Origin: an uncultured Desulfovibrionaceae bacterium | GTDB taxonomy: Bacteria; Desulfobacterota; Desulfovibrionia; Desulfovibrionales; Desulfovibrionaceae | Assembly: GCA_964371345.1 (NCBI GenBank) | Contig: CAYJNE010000002.1 | Span: 1-28,829, forward strand | Length of the DNA: 28,829 bases | Direction: 5' to 3' | Shown: piece after piece, positions 28,440 to 28,829 of the stretch | Numbering within the stretch: the stretch's first letter is position 1 | How the letters are laid out: every line of letters starts with the position of its first letter | Made by a program: the position numbers and the translations under genes | Notes under the pieces: generated by a model | What the model saw: only the letters and a program-made list of their open reading frames with translations | Databases searched by the model: none | Told to the model about the DNA's origin: nothing

Positions 28440-28829
28440 AGCCCATCCTCGTGCTACAAATGCAACGCATGGGCGACATTATTTTAAGCTTTCCCCTACT
28501 TGGGGCACTGCAAAAAACACATGCAAACCGCCCCATCTGGACAGTGGCTGAACCACACTTTTTTTCTGAATTAATGAAATTTGCTCCGCAGACCACTTTT
28601 TTTCCCCCTCATGCCGCCAACGCTCTACAGCGAACGGAGTTTCACTCAGTAATTAATCTTAGCCACCGTGAAGACGCGGCAAAGCTTACAGGCTCCTTGA
28701 ATGCAGAAAACTACTACGGGGCACGCAGTACAGATGATTATAACTGCATTGACGGTGCGTGGGCTTTATATCGCGCAAGTATTGTGCATAATAATAGGTA
28801 TAACCTCTTTCATTGGAGTGACTTACAAA
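28436..28829 (+). CDS. Family 9 glycosyltransferase (heptosyltransferase-like), 5' part; runs off window end
   Basis: Not in the ORF track. ATG 28436 overlaps the upstream TGA. MKPILVLQMQRMGDIILSFPLLGAL... shows the GT9 N-terminal xGD motif. Confidence 0.85.
   Translation, partial: MKPILVLQMQRMGDIILSFPLLGALQKTHANRPIWTVAEPHFFSELMKFAPQTTFFPPHAANALQRTEFHSVINLSHREDAAKLTGSLNAENYYGARSTDDYNCIDGAWALYRASIVHNNRYNLFHWSDLQ

Overview
Chromosomal window from an AT-rich Desulfovibrionaceae-like deltaproteobacterium (inferred from gene content and protein style). The housekeeping backbone is cobT (partial), a ferredoxin-YkgJ-hypothetical-TPR operon, a multi-PAS hybrid histidine kinase, proBA, a GT2 glycosyltransferase, pyrG, purQ, Nif3/DUF34, a C4 Zn-ribbon protein, RNase P RNA (rnpB), ispDF, an acyl-CoA ligase, FapA/DUF342, a CgeB-type glycosyltransferase and a GT9 (partial). 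The most notable element is a ~7.7 kb accessory cluster between rnpB and ispDF. It encodes a variant GmhA-like isomerase, a domain-swapped HldE-like nucleotidyltransferase-kinase, a deoxyhypusine-synthase-like protein, two paralogous radical SAM enzymes with auxiliary Fe-S domains, a SAM methyltransferase and a TIGR04372-like transferase. Together these suggest a pathway for a radical-tailored NDP-heptose-derived sugar. Also of interest are a sigma54-preceded small protein whose C-terminus resembles the flagellin C-terminus, and a GC-rich structured cobT leader with CsrA-type GGA hairpins. All calls come from reading motifs; no searches were run.
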